Positions 11,768 through 23,477 of a stretch of DNA of 64,000 bases are shown here, piece after piece. Positions within the stretch are counted from its first letter, which is position 1. Every line of letters begins with the position of its first letter. The notes beneath the pieces were generated by a model. That model searched no databases, had not been told where the DNA came from, and saw only the letters and a program-made list of their open reading frames with translations. The stretch comes from Asterionella formosa (Eukaryota): the NCBI GenBank assembly GCA_002256025.1, contig NKIB01007262.1, positions 1-64,000 on the forward strand. Reading direction: 5' to 3'. The position numbers and the translations under genes were made by a program.

Positions 11768-12290
11768 AAAAGCTACTTGGTCACTGCACCTTCCTGGTGC
11801 AATCACACCAATATAGATAAATCATGAGTCACAATCACACACAGCCTGGAAATAGATTCCATAAATCCTGTAGTGACCTGAAAAATTGCACTGGGACTGA
11901 TGCTGCAGTCAACTAAAGTAGGATAGTTGACTGTGGCTACTAGGACACTGTCAATAGCACCAACACATCCTCTTATCAAGCCTTCAGAGCTTCTGCATTG
12001 AAAGCCATGTTCCAATTTGATAAAATCATCTCTTTCCTCTGGGAAAATAATTTGAGATCATTGCAAATGAGTACACCATCAATGAACAAATCATACTAGC
12101 ATCAATAACGAGGAGAAGCAAGAATGCTACAACTATAAACATGACAAATGTCAATGTAACTAGCTAGTAGCTATCACCAGCTAACCATCCCAAACCAATG
12201 GCTACCACAATTTCGGGAATTATGCTGGGCTCAGATGTGCCACACTTTGAAGAATTGCCTGTGATGTGCCTTTCCAGCATGGATGGCAGC
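11768..12290 (-). mobile_element. PIF/Harbinger transposase (DDE_Tnp_4) relic
   Basis: GCVGAID(S), then in another frame FSGHYRIYGIYFQAVCDCDS*FIYIGVIAPGRCSDQVAF. Upstream PEIVVAIGLGWLAGDSY. Contains stops and frameshifts. Confidence 0.8.
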
Positions 12291-12825
12291 ATTGTAAATG
12301 CCCTGTGTGACACAATGTATGTTTTCTCGAAACAATTTTTACATATATATATATATATTATATGGGAATAAATATATGTACTATGAACAGCTATTCAATA
12401 AGCATTATCAGCAATCAGCATTTACATATGATCATGATGGTTACTATGCACCGCAAATAACGGCGCATCCCGGTAGTACATACATACCGGTATATAGTTT
12501 ACACATATAACAAAAAGCGCCGAGCGAATCCAAGCAAGCCCAAAGACTGCAAAAGACATCCATCGATCGTATTCCTTGTCCCTCTACGTATATTTTTCGT
12601 ACACTCTCGTCCTTTTTGCAAACTTATTGTTACATAATTTGCTACCGGTATGTGTAGTAGTAGTTTTGTATTGTCAATTGGCTGTCCCGCCCTACCACGC
12701 ATTTCCAGCCTCCACTTGTTATTGTCACAACATTGTTCGACATAGAACCACCCGCTCTCGTTCGAACCTTCTTCAGTAGTTGCTCTGTTTCTCATCAATT
12801 TCAATTTCATTACCGCAGAATTACC

Positions 12826-13687
12826 ATGGCCGCCAAGCTAGCACCCATCAAGTGGGCTCAACGATCGGACTCACTTTACATCACAATTGCATGTTCAGGT
12901 CTGTCCACCCAACTCGCCGCGACGCGTGATGCAATGCTGTGCTCGCTCACTCTCTCACCCAACGTTTATCCCTGCACTGAACTCCAGATGTAAAGGACGC
13001 CGATATCAAGCTAACAGATACGGAACTGCACTTTAAGGGAAAGTCAGAAGACAAGGAATACGAGGTCAATGTCGAGTTTTTTGATCAAGTCGATGCCGAA
13101 GGCTCCACTTACAATGTTCTGCCTCGGTCAATTCAGATGCACGTGATGAAAAAGCAGACGGACGGGGAATTCTGGCCGCGTTTGCTGAAGGACAAGCTTC
13201 TAGAAAAGAATCAAGTCGCGATTGATTGGGACCGATATATTGACGATGATGACGAAGAAGAAGCTGGCGGGTTTGACATGTCAAATATGGCTGGAGGTCA
13301 AGGCATGGGTGGAATGGGAGGCATGGGTGGAATGGGAGGCATGGGTGGAATGGGAGGCATGGGTGGAATGGATATGGAAGCGCTCGTGAGTAGACACGAC
13401 AAAGAGAGTGGGCTCGGATTCATGAAAATGATCACTGTAGACTAACTCCTTTATATTTTCAGATGAAGCAGATGGGCTCTATGGAAGGCATGGGAGAAGG
13501 TGGAGGCATGCCTGACTTTGGAGACGATGATGGTGATGACGACGACGATGATGATATTGACGAACTGCCTGGTACGTCTTATCGATGCACCATGAGAACT
13601 AACGATGACTAGCGGCTTGGCAATATTCTTGTTTTCTCACTCACTTTCCTTCTCTCTTGGAAAACAGACTTGGAAGAGAATCAGTAG
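12826..13687 (+). CDS. Hsp90 co-chaperone p23 (CS domain; Sba1/PTGES3 family); 4 exons, introns 12899-12987, 13387-13462, 13572-13667
   Basis: APIKWAQRSDSLYITI, FWPRLLK, IDWDRYIDDDDEEE, GGM repeats, and an acidic tail ending LPDLEENQ*. All introns are GT-AG and in frame. Confidence 0.93.
13302..13370 (+). repeat. Coding tandem repeat (GGCATGGGTGGAATGGGA)n = (GMG)n in p23
   Basis: 18-bp unit, nearly four copies, read directly. Confidence 0.9.
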
Positions 13688-13894
13688 AGACCATAGCACT
13701 AAAGGTTGTTCGAAAAAGTGAATGTTCGCTGCACATGAAAATACTGTCGCGACATTTAGCTGTATTGACGTATAAGAGTAGTAGTCGATAGATTGCATTT
13801 ATTAAATTGAAGGCAAACAAGAAGCCATGTAGCAGTGGAAGTTGCATCAATACAAAAAAGAATTTAAACATAAAGTCAAAGTGAAATTATAGAA

Positions 13895-14714
13895 TTACAT
13901 GTGAAGATAATCCGGAATCCAAACAGAATGGGTACCTTCAGCAACAATATTGTCATCACGTACATAGTTCACCGACGTTTTGAACTGAACTTCATAGCCC
14001 TTCTTACGGTCGTGTTGCTCCCCGCGATACGGAGTTTCCCCGCTAGAAAGGTTACGTGACTCTGCTTTGGAGGAGTCGACGACAGCGACAACTTCAATCC
14101 TGGCACAGACTTCGACCTGAAAATAGTGAAATGAATTGTGAGTTACAACTTGCCAACATGAATTGCTTGACCTCATTTATGTTACACTCTCAGTTTCTTA
14201 CACCAACAATAAGAGGCCGAGCCTGCTGCATCGAGCAGGAAATTGGAATGGATTGTGGACAGGCCGCTTCAACCAAGGCCCCAACCAGACCCAAAATTAA
14301 CACAGGAGACAAAACAGCAGGACCTACGGCATGCTGACGGATCCAATCGCGGGCTCGATTGTACTCTGGATCAAAACTAGCATGCTTGGCCAAAGGCTCG
14401 CCTCCTGCCGTCAAGAGACCAATTGAATTGTCCCGCGGTCCAAAGATTCGTTTGACTTGCGCCTTCTTGCCGACAAGCGAGGGTCCAACTTGGGCTGAAA
14501 ATAGGTCCCCTTCAGGTCCCATCGGATCGTAGTCGCTGCATTCAGACGAAGCAGATGAAGATTGCATTCTGAGATAAGTGCAGGCAAACATACCCTGTTT
14601 GCCGGAGTTGACTGCTTGGGAGGTGTTCTGAATGGCCACTTCGTGACTGGGACTCGCGAAACGATGTGTGAAGGCCATTCTGGCCATGCGACGTGTGCCG
14701 TGAGTGACGAACAT
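13895..14714 (-). CDS. Hotdog-fold (MaoC-like dehydratase/thioesterase) protein, probably mitochondrial; intron 14117-14201
   Basis: Arg-rich presequence, then VGKKAQVKRIF...H.SFDPEY...GLVGALV...RPLIVG|VEVCARIEV...KTSV...VAEG, a MaoC-like pattern. GTAAGA...CAG intron restores the frame. Confidence 0.6.
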
Positions 14715-15699
14715 CTTTGGGACTGTTATTGCAGGGGAAATAGAACAGCTAGGGGTTCTTTGAAAGAAAAACAAAACAAAACAAAACAAAAGCAGCGCTT
14801 ACATGAGCATGATTGAAGGACGATGGCCACGACAGGCGGTAATACCTAGATGCTACATGGAGTGGTAGAAGAAGAACCGTTGGTAGCTACCAGTAGTATG
14901 GTACCCTTGGTACCTGGTACCTGGTACCGGTAAATAAGGGGCAGCTTTACAATTCATTATGTGTAGTACTAGTACAAGGAGGTACCGGTTTTCATGAAAT
15001 GAAAATGTGAATCGTATGTAGCTACACAGTGCATAAGGCAGTTTACCAGGGACCTGTACTAACCAGGTGCTGAGGCTGCTTGGGAAGTCTGGTGCTGGAA
15101 GGTCTGGTAATCGAGATCTTTAGCTTAATCTGTTATGAAGTCAAGCCATTTTTTCCGGACCTTTCCTGGTGATTGATTCATGATGCCATGATTGATTTTT
15201 GACAGCAGCAGTGCGAGCCCAGATGTGTGTACATGGTGACAGTTATAAAATGATTTTCAGACACGTTATTATATAATTTTCTGACAAAATCTAGAATTAT
15301 GCTAAAATCGATCCCCTCTTTTGCCCTTTTGCATGATATTAGTTACTTCATTAAGCTACACAAGATTCAGATCATTTTTATACTTGAATATATATTAACT
15401 GAGATATTATCCATTTTAAAAGTGACAAAACCAGTCAAAGTGGCTCAAAGCCATTGATTAAGACTTTACCATACATGCATTTATCTTGATGGGCAGCAGT
15501 TAGAAAATATTAAATTGTTTGCATGTTTTTTCGCTGTAGTTGCATCATTCTTAGACTCCTCGCATTTTTTGCAGTAGTTGTGACATCTTTCTTAGACTAC
15601 TGGTGATCCTCCCATCATATCTTGTCATGCAATAGGAGTGACCAAATGGTCTTGAAGTGGCGCCATTACAGTTGCAACTGGTACTGCCACAGCATCGCC

Positions 15700-17400
15700 A
15701 TGCATCATGGTCGTGTTATGGAATCTGGCTGGTAATTAGAAGTTGCTTTGTTGTTGGTAATGGAAGATTGCCTGCTCGCTTGTACCAGCACATTGCCATT
15801 GTTTTTGTTTGCGCCATTGTCCACTTTGCTGGCTGTTTGTTTATCATTCTGATTGCATTAACCTTGATTGCAAGCGCTGTGTATGCAACTATTTTCTTAT
15901 TATCTCACTCACTCTGCACCTCTTCCGCATGCCTCTTCCTTTTCAGCTGGTCATCGACCACTTCAGGACCCAATAAGTACCTGCCTGCAGCAACATGAAT
16001 ACCGGCTGTGTATCGTTTCTTCCTTGCAATTGCCCTTAGTACTGATTATTTTCATTGGCTGGCAAGTTTTTCCAGATTTATTCCATTTCTAGCGTCCTCA
16101 TGATTGCTATACTGTACAGCCTGATCAATGAGGGTTCCAGTGATGCCTTGGCTGAAGTTTAGTCCGGATGAGGGAACGGAAGAGGTGGGTTGATTATTGT
16201 TTGCTTCTGTTAGAAGATTTGAGATACTTGTCTGTTGAATTTCCGGATGGAGCAACAAATTGTAAATCAAATGGACCCCAACCTCATTAGTAGCAGCTTT
16301 TTGGTTTGTAGCGATATGGGCAAAGGATTCATCCCATGCTTTCGACACAAGGTCAACAATATCATCCTTTTCAACAGAAAATGTAGCACAGAGCCTTTCC
16401 TATTAATTAAGTAAGTGAGTCTCTCTTGCATTTTGTGATTAGTATTTTAAATGACCCATTTTGTTCTGGACTGTCCCCTACTTACCAGTATGATGTGCCA
16501 TATGGTAGGACCCCAATGCAGATGTTCCATTTCGTTGCAGCTGTGTTGATGTATTGCAGGAACAGTATGTTGAATCTGCTACCATGGACATCAAGGATAA
16601 GAAAGGGTGGAGGGACTTCACCAGATTTATTACCAGCGATGAAATAAAGTTCACCGGAGTCACTGTTATTTAAAAAAAACGAAACAATCAGTCTCTACCA
16701 CACCTTCATTCCATAGGAAGGTACCAACCCTTTTGGCCTCAATCAATTTCATGCTCTGCTCCAATCTGTTCTTACTTTTCAAAAGACTCTGAAGTCGATG
16801 CTCCAAGATTTATCAACAGCAATAGAAGTTACTTCACCGGAGTCACTGTCACTTGAAAAAATAGGAAATAATCAGTCTGGACTAAGCCTTCATTCCATAG
16901 CGAAGAACCAACAATTTCGCTCTCAAAATTTTTTGTCATGGTTTCACATTGCAAGAACAGTAATCACATACAAATCTACCAGAAATCCAATATCTTGTGA
17001 ATCCTTCAATTCTTTGGTTGTCATTTTGACAGTGGTGCCAAGCAATACATTGTTCTAAAGAATACCAAGCGCTCGCATCTTTCTCCTTGCGATGCCTTCA
17101 ACATTGCCAGTCACTAGCCTACATGCAACCTTATCCTTCATCATCGCAAGCATTCATAAAGTGTCGATTACACCTGGAAGAGGAAATATGCTGACTGCAA
17201 CCTTGTCTTCTGGTAACGAAGCTATGGAGCAGCCATGCATTGTGTCCACCATGCATTGTTCCAGTTCATCAATCGAGACTTTCTCATCATCTGGTAATGA
17301 AGCTATGTAGCCATGAATGATTGTGTTCATCATACCTTCCAGTTGATCAATCAAGACTTGCTTGACACCCAGGGCTGCCTTGGCTAGCTAATTGACAAAG
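15700..17400 (-). mobile_element. pogo/Tc1-mariner-like (DDE_1) transposase relic
   Basis: PFLILDVHGSRFNILFLQYIN...WNICIGVLPYGTSYW*VGDSPEQNGSFK (~16440-16610) and AWDESFAH...NLLLHPEIQ (16052-16348). Many stops. Boundaries approximate. Confidence 0.7.
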
Positions 17401-18017
17401 GATCAATTTTCCATCTGTACTTGTTCCATGATATTCATTTCTGATCATCTCATCATACTTATTGTACCATTGCACCATATAATTGGGGATTATGCATGTA
17501 CTTTCGTCATAGATCTATCTTATCATGATCGTAATTCTAATCAATATCACTGTTCAAAATATGTTGAAATGGATTGAAATTTTACAACTATATTTAGAAA
17601 GGATGTCTATGTTCAGCAGATTTCACTATGTAGTGAACTCTGCTGATTTGGATTTCATCAGATATGATGTAACAGATCTGTGTTGAGTCTGGAATGCTGC
17701 CAAGATTTGCTGGCTGAGAGATGAAAAAGTTGAAAATCGAAACGACAGCAATCGACACCTCGTTTCGCATCGCTCGATCAGCATCATAAAACAATATTAA
17801 TTTAGCTATTAAAACACAAGACTAAGTAGGATTCTTTTTACAACGATTTTCAATAACCAATTTTATCAACACGTTTGGAGAACAATAGTTTGGATCTGAG
17901 TATGTTTAGGAAGGACGAATAAAAAAGGAATTATTACCTTCAACCTCTCTGGTCCTCGTATCACAGAATTTCTCCCTGGCCATTACTACATCCAATACCC
18001 TTCCAGTCTATACTTAA

Positions 18018-18545
18018 ATGAAGACAACGACGTTCATTATTGTTTGTCTTTTTACTACCGGGAGAGCCTTTTCGCCTCGGAAATTCACTACTAGATGCAC
18101 AAATTCGATGGCGCCCATATGGATGGCAGAGCTATCTGACTTATCTGATCATGAGCAAGGTGTCTACAATCTAGTATTGGAGCTGCATGCGTGCAAATTC
18201 CCCTTTCGTATTGTTGTCGTTGGAGATGGGGCCATTTTGGAGACCACATCCACCCTTGGGCCTCACATGATGACGAACAAATCGCCGAAGTCAGGCGAAT
18301 ACTTGATTACCCTGGCAAATGAGGACAAATCCTTTGAATTTCACTTGAAACCAAATCAAGTATCGAAAGTGGTTCTGACAGAGAAAGCAACTCTGCCCGT
18401 TGCTGGGCCTGGCATGAAAATTTTTCGATTCATAGATGGTCAAAACGTTTCTATATGTTCGTTGATTCTCTGCGAAAAGACAGCGACAGGTAGTTCTTGG
18501 TTCGAAGGCATGGTTGCCAAATACGGACAAGAAGTTCTGTTTTAG
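18018..18545 (+). CDS. HutX/ChuX-like heme-carrier family protein with signal peptide + plastid transit-like start
   Basis: RIVVVGDGAILE...FEFHL...IFRFID...SLIL...W...KYG resembles cyanobacterial HutX. N-terminus MKTTTFIIVCLFTTGRA|FSP fits the diatom bipartite motif. Confidence 0.7.
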   Translation: MKTTTFIIVCLFTTGRAFSPRKFTTRCTNSMAPIWMAELSDLSDHEQGVYNLVLELHACKFPFRIVVVGDGAILETTSTLGPHMMTNKSPKSGEYLITLANEDKSFEFHLKPNQVSKVVLTEKATLPVAGPGMKIFRFIDGQNVSICSLILCEKTATGSSWFEGMVAKYGQEVLF

Positions 18546-18729
18546 TTAAATTTTTATAAATGCAGCAAGACTAAACCCCAAAACCGGAATCGACTGAACA
18601 TTTCATGCATCTCTCTTATATTGCTACATGTAGTACACAATTTTATAACACTGACAAGGATGAAAAGTCTAGTACTTTCTAGATTATTATAAGACTTGTT
18701 CATCGATTAGCACATTGCTCGTATTGCAT

Positions 18730-21391
18730 TTATTTGAGTCTGTATTGGCTACCAGAGCTTGTCTTGACTACAGTACCGGCCATCACACCCCTTTTCACTG
18801 GGGAAGTTGTAATCCGGGTACCAGTTCTGTAACTCTTTGAGTTGGAGATGACGCCAGTAATCGAGCCATCGTCATTTTGCACAAATCTTGAAAGAACAGG
18901 AATATCGTCCTGTGGCGCGGCATCGTTCTTGGATCCTCCAAAGAACCCCCTGGATTTCTGCTTAGGCTCTTCGGCCTTCTTGATTGCAATTGTTCCACGT
19001 CCCATTGGCATAGGCTGCATGACCTTCTTCTGGGGTGGAGCTGGGGGAGCAGCTTTTGGAGCACTACCGAAGCTAAACAATGGCTTTGGAGGTGTTGGAG
19101 TGATGACAGGAGCTGGAGCAACCTTTGGGGCAGGGATCGGCTTTGGACTTCCAAAGAAAGAGCGAGGCTCGATCTTTTTGCCAACTGGGGCAGGTTTAGG
19201 TGCTGAAGCTTTGGAAATTGAGGCCGAAGCTGGTGTTGAGCTTCCAAAGAATGAAAACGGCGTATTCTTAACAGGGGCAACCTTGGGTACGACGGCCTGG
19301 TCAAGCTTAGGGGCGGGTGCTGGCTTAGCGCTCCCGAAAAATGAAAATGGCTCAGCCTTTTTGGCAACAGGGACAGGCGTCGATTGGACGTTCTTGGCAG
19401 GCGCTGATTTGGAGCTCCCGAAAAACGAAAATGAGTCGGCCTTTTTGGCAGCAGGTACAGGCTTCGGTGCGACGACCTGGGCAGGCTTAGGCGCAGGTAC
19501 TGGCGTTGCGCTTCCGAAAAACGAAAAAGGCTCAACCTTGGTGGCAGCAGGGGCGGGCTTGGGTGCGACGACCTGCGCAGGTTTCGGGGAAGGTGATGGC
19601 GCTGTTTTCCCGAAAAAAGAAAAAGGTTCCGCCTTTTTCGCAGGAGGTGCCTGCTTCGCTGGCTTTGTTGCTGGTTTAGGAACAGCAACCGACTTTGACG
19701 TTAGCTCTTTCTTGGCTGGTTCAGGAGATGCGAAGATGCTTCCGAAATCAAATGCTGCGGACTCCTTTTGAGGAGCAGGTTTCGTTACTTGAGTCAATTG
19801 GATGAATCAGGTAAGTCAATTACATAAATTTTGGATGCGTGAAAAGCAGAAATATGATGCAGTGAACACATACCTGGCGCTGGTTTAGGCGGAACTGTCT
19901 TAGATGTCGCCATTGGTGCCGGAACAGGTTTTGGATTTCCGATGATGGACCCGAGAAATGGTTTTGGTACCGGAGCCTTCTTTGGTGAAGGCGCTGGAGG
20001 AGCATATCTGGCAACACTAGCAGCGGCAATTTTAGCCTGCTTCGAATCGTAGTCTTTAGCTTTTTCACGAGCAATCTCAGCAGCCTTTGCTTCATTTTCT
20101 CGTCGCTTAGCAACTTGAGCAGCTTCGTTCCTGGCAATCTCCTTGGATGCTGCGATAGCTGCAGCTTCATTCTCCAATCTTAACTTCTCGGCAGCCTTTT
20201 CTTGTGCGGCTTGTCTGTCCTTGCGATCTTTCTCGTTAGAAGCATCCAATTCCGATGCTGATAAGGATTTCTTAGCGGCAGCTTCTGTTTGTTTCTTGGA
20301 AGCCTCTTCTGCCTTTGCCGCTTTTGAAGCCTTTGCTTCGGCTTCTTCGGACTGTGCTTTCTGTGCAGCAGCCTCGTCGGACTTCGCTTTCTGTGCAGCG
20401 GCCTCGTCGGACTTTGCTTTCTCTGCAGCGGCCACGGCTTCTGCTTTGGCATCTTCAGCCGAAGTGTCTGCGACTGTGATAGCTTCTTTTTCGACCACAG
20501 CCTCTGGCACTTCCTCGAGTACAAGTGTGGCAGCAGGCGAGGTTAAAGATACATATTCTTCCTCTGTGCAATCAGCGTATTTGTTTAATGTCATCTGCTT
20601 GCCACTCTCCTTGGCATACTCCTCCATGGCTAAGAAGTTGGACATGAAAACCTGGAAACGCATTTCATCTGCTTCCTTGCCATTTTCCTTGCACCAGCCA
20701 ATGTATGAAGCGCGAACTCTAGCCTCCCTGGCAAGATTGTCAGATAATTCGCCGCCATCGTCAGCGATACCTTCCATGGCATCCAAAGCAGCTTCCATTT
20801 CCTCAACGCTACCCATACCTAGCTGTTCGGCCAAATTCTACAATGAAATTGGTGAGCAGAATATCTGGTACCTATACACATTTTCGAAGATGATCTCCTT
20901 ACCTGTTCCTCTTCTGCAAGAGCACCAGCAGCTTCTTCAAGAGCACTGGCGGCTTCAGATTGTGACATAGCAGCCTCCATCGCCCCCTTGAACACATCAG
21001 ATGGCGGGGCGCCTCCAGATTGCATTTCTTGGTACTCCTCTGCAGTGAAATCACCGAACTGATTCAAGCTAAGTTGGGTAGGGACGGGCACTCCGGCGTC
21101 AACTGCTGCTTTCTTAGCCTTGATATTGGCAACAGTTATGGCCTCGTAGTTGGCCTTGAAAGCTGCGAACCTGGTTTCATTGGCTTCCTTCCCGTAAGTG
21201 TCGCACCACGCATCATAAGCAAGACGAGCAGCAGCATCATATGGAACTGAAACGTCGTGGTCTTTACTACTGGTGACAGCCATTTTCAAGACAAACGGCT
21301 TTTGAGCGCGAAACGAAGCTGGAGTAAAAGCATCAGTATTTTGACAAGCTAGAGCCAACAAGGCCAAAAGCGCCAAACTTCGTCCCAACAT
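18730..21391 (-). CDS. ~836-aa plastid-targeted protein: 2x I29 cathepsin-propeptide-like domains, Ala/Glu/Lys coiled coil, Pro/Ala/Lys linker with FSFFG repeats, small C-terminal beta domain; introns 20838-20902, 19788-19873
   Basis: Three ORFs join in frame via GTAAGG..TAG and GTATGT..AAG introns (489+964+1058 nt). Presequence MLGRSLALLALLALACQNTDA|FTP. I29 motifs W...YGK...RF..F..N...LNQFGDFTAEEY and LNKYADCTEEEY. Confidence 0.85.
20341..20430 (-). repeat. Coding 30-bp tandem repeat (AAAQKAKSDE)x3
   Basis: GCAGCAGCCTCGTCGGACTT.GCTTTCT.T-like units seen directly. Confidence 0.85.
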
Positions 21392-23477
21392 TGTCAACCG
21401 GTATGCGGATTACTATTTGTTGCTTTTCTGTCCGCTGCCAACAAACATGAATGGCAGGAGAAAAAAAAGGGGGACGCAAATCTTTTTACCTTGCTTTCAC
21501 AATCACCACTGACGTATACACATTTACTCAATATCTATTTTACTTGGCTGATGTGGAAACCCCAATGGTTCCCATCGGCCTGTTCGCCCTCAAAAATTTT
21601 ACATCAATGTCACGTACATGTGATACGTGGAGTAAGATTGGTGCAAACAAGAACTCCTCCATCAGTGGTGTACATGTACTTACATCGACGTATATTGACT
21701 GCGTACGAGGTTCTTGAAGCTATACGCAGCAACCGGCATTCATGGGATGTGCACGAAGCGCGCATTGAAACCAACGAAAACATGAGAAATCGGAATGCCG
21801 GCAGGCTGAAGCAAGATTATCAACCATGACGGGAGCTAAAATTGAAGAAGAAGTTCGAAAGCAAGCAAGCAACATGTAAATGCAAGGAGAATCTCATGGA
21901 AGAGTTGATCTGCCAGCGAGCAACTGTGCAAGGGTTTCAAGGCAGAAAGCTCACAATTCTTCGAATTAGCTATCAACAAAGCAAATCATTGACCACCAAG
22001 CTGTGCAAATTTATAGTCTATAGATAAAGTTCACCCACCTGAAGTCCCACCCATGGCTTAAGTGTAAAACTCTACTGCAGCTATGGGAGACCCAATGGAA
22101 GAAAGGAATCATTCAAGCTGGCCTACATAGAACCAAATTCAAAAAACCAACTACGAGTCTAGAGATTAGGTGGTGCAAAAAATTCCAAACCCAACACAAT
22201 CAAAAAGGAACCAAAGGAAAATTTGCAGAAAAGGCAGCCGAAAAATTTGGTAATTGAGTCAAAGTAGCTTTAATTCCGTATGATCTGGACTCAAAGCTAT
22301 GTATACTGTACATGAGCAACTACACCATGTGCAGCCAGCATAGTAGTATTGCTCATTTGGTGATACATTTCGGAGTACTGCATTTCATGCACATTTGTAA
22401 ATACCAGTATCTTCGTAAATCATAAGAATATCATTTTATGTCACTATATGATATTTTTTTAATGTTGAAATGATCTATGTTGACATACAATGTAGCTATA
22501 GCTATGGAACAGGCTGCGCACTACAGAATTAAAAAGGGATCAAAAACGAAGACAGGAGGGGAACATTTTGAATGTATTACAGCCATTTGGCAAACCAGAA
22601 ACCAAAAACCCTGTCCCCCAAACCACTATTCGTGGAAACTGAATTAACAAATAAAGACTTTTTTGTGTTAATCAATGCATCTGCTGCTCCTTGATTCGCA
22701 ACAGTACTAGTAGTTGTATTGCTTTCATTAGCAAGAACAACCATGATAGACCTATCCGTTTGTTGCAACAAACCAGCTTGGGTGATGCAAGTCATTGTGA
22801 TGGTACCACCAACATCCGAGGTTCAGCCATCAACAGGGTTCATGAAAAACTAACATATTCGACTATAGAAGAAAATGAAGAAATTGAATTCAAATATTCC
22901 TTAAATAACCATTGGCCTACATGACGTTCCCGTAGTGGACATACCAGGGCAAAATTTTCAGCTGTCACAAGGACTGCTCCATGTGTAACACAATTCACTA
23001 TCATAATTATGATGTGAAGAGAATAACGGTTCTTCCATACACTTTTCTACGGTTGTTACATTTACATTGACCACACAGCTGGATAATTAACGGTTCAGAT
23101 GATCAAAATGAGCATACCATCATTTCCTTCCTTTGTTTCATCGTTGCCACTTTCGTGGTTGCGCAATCCACAATCAAGTCAACTTGCCATTGTTCTACAG
23201 TTATATCCTAATTGCATGCATGTTGAGAATAGGTAGTTCGAAGAAAAGTGGGTCCTCATGCATCTCCATTTTGCTCAAGCCGGCTAATAGTGAAAATCGA
23301 AAAAGCCCAAAAACATCTTTTTGAAATGTGCTATAGTTCCCAATTCTAATCTTTCTCTATATATTATATACCTACATGAATCTGTATACCGGTAGCTTAG
23401 TAGAGTAAGCTGGACAATATCGTATGAGTCAAAATGGACCCGGAGAAATTTGAATTATCGATGCAACTTTTACTATT

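Noticed and set aside
15020..17635. TIR pair for the pogo-like relic (TACACAGTG / CACTATGTA)
   Set aside because: Match is only ~8 bp with a mismatch and does not extend.
18842..20970. Long plus-strand ORFs 18842-19771 and 20143-20970, and alternate-frame 18795-19688
   Set aside because: Shadows of low-complexity Pro/Ala/Lys coding sequence.
21780..22140. Possible IS630/Tc1-like transposase relic (similar hints at ~47130-47430: VEYH.D, LPKDGG)
   Set aside because: Only vague motif resemblance; too degraded to call without a search.
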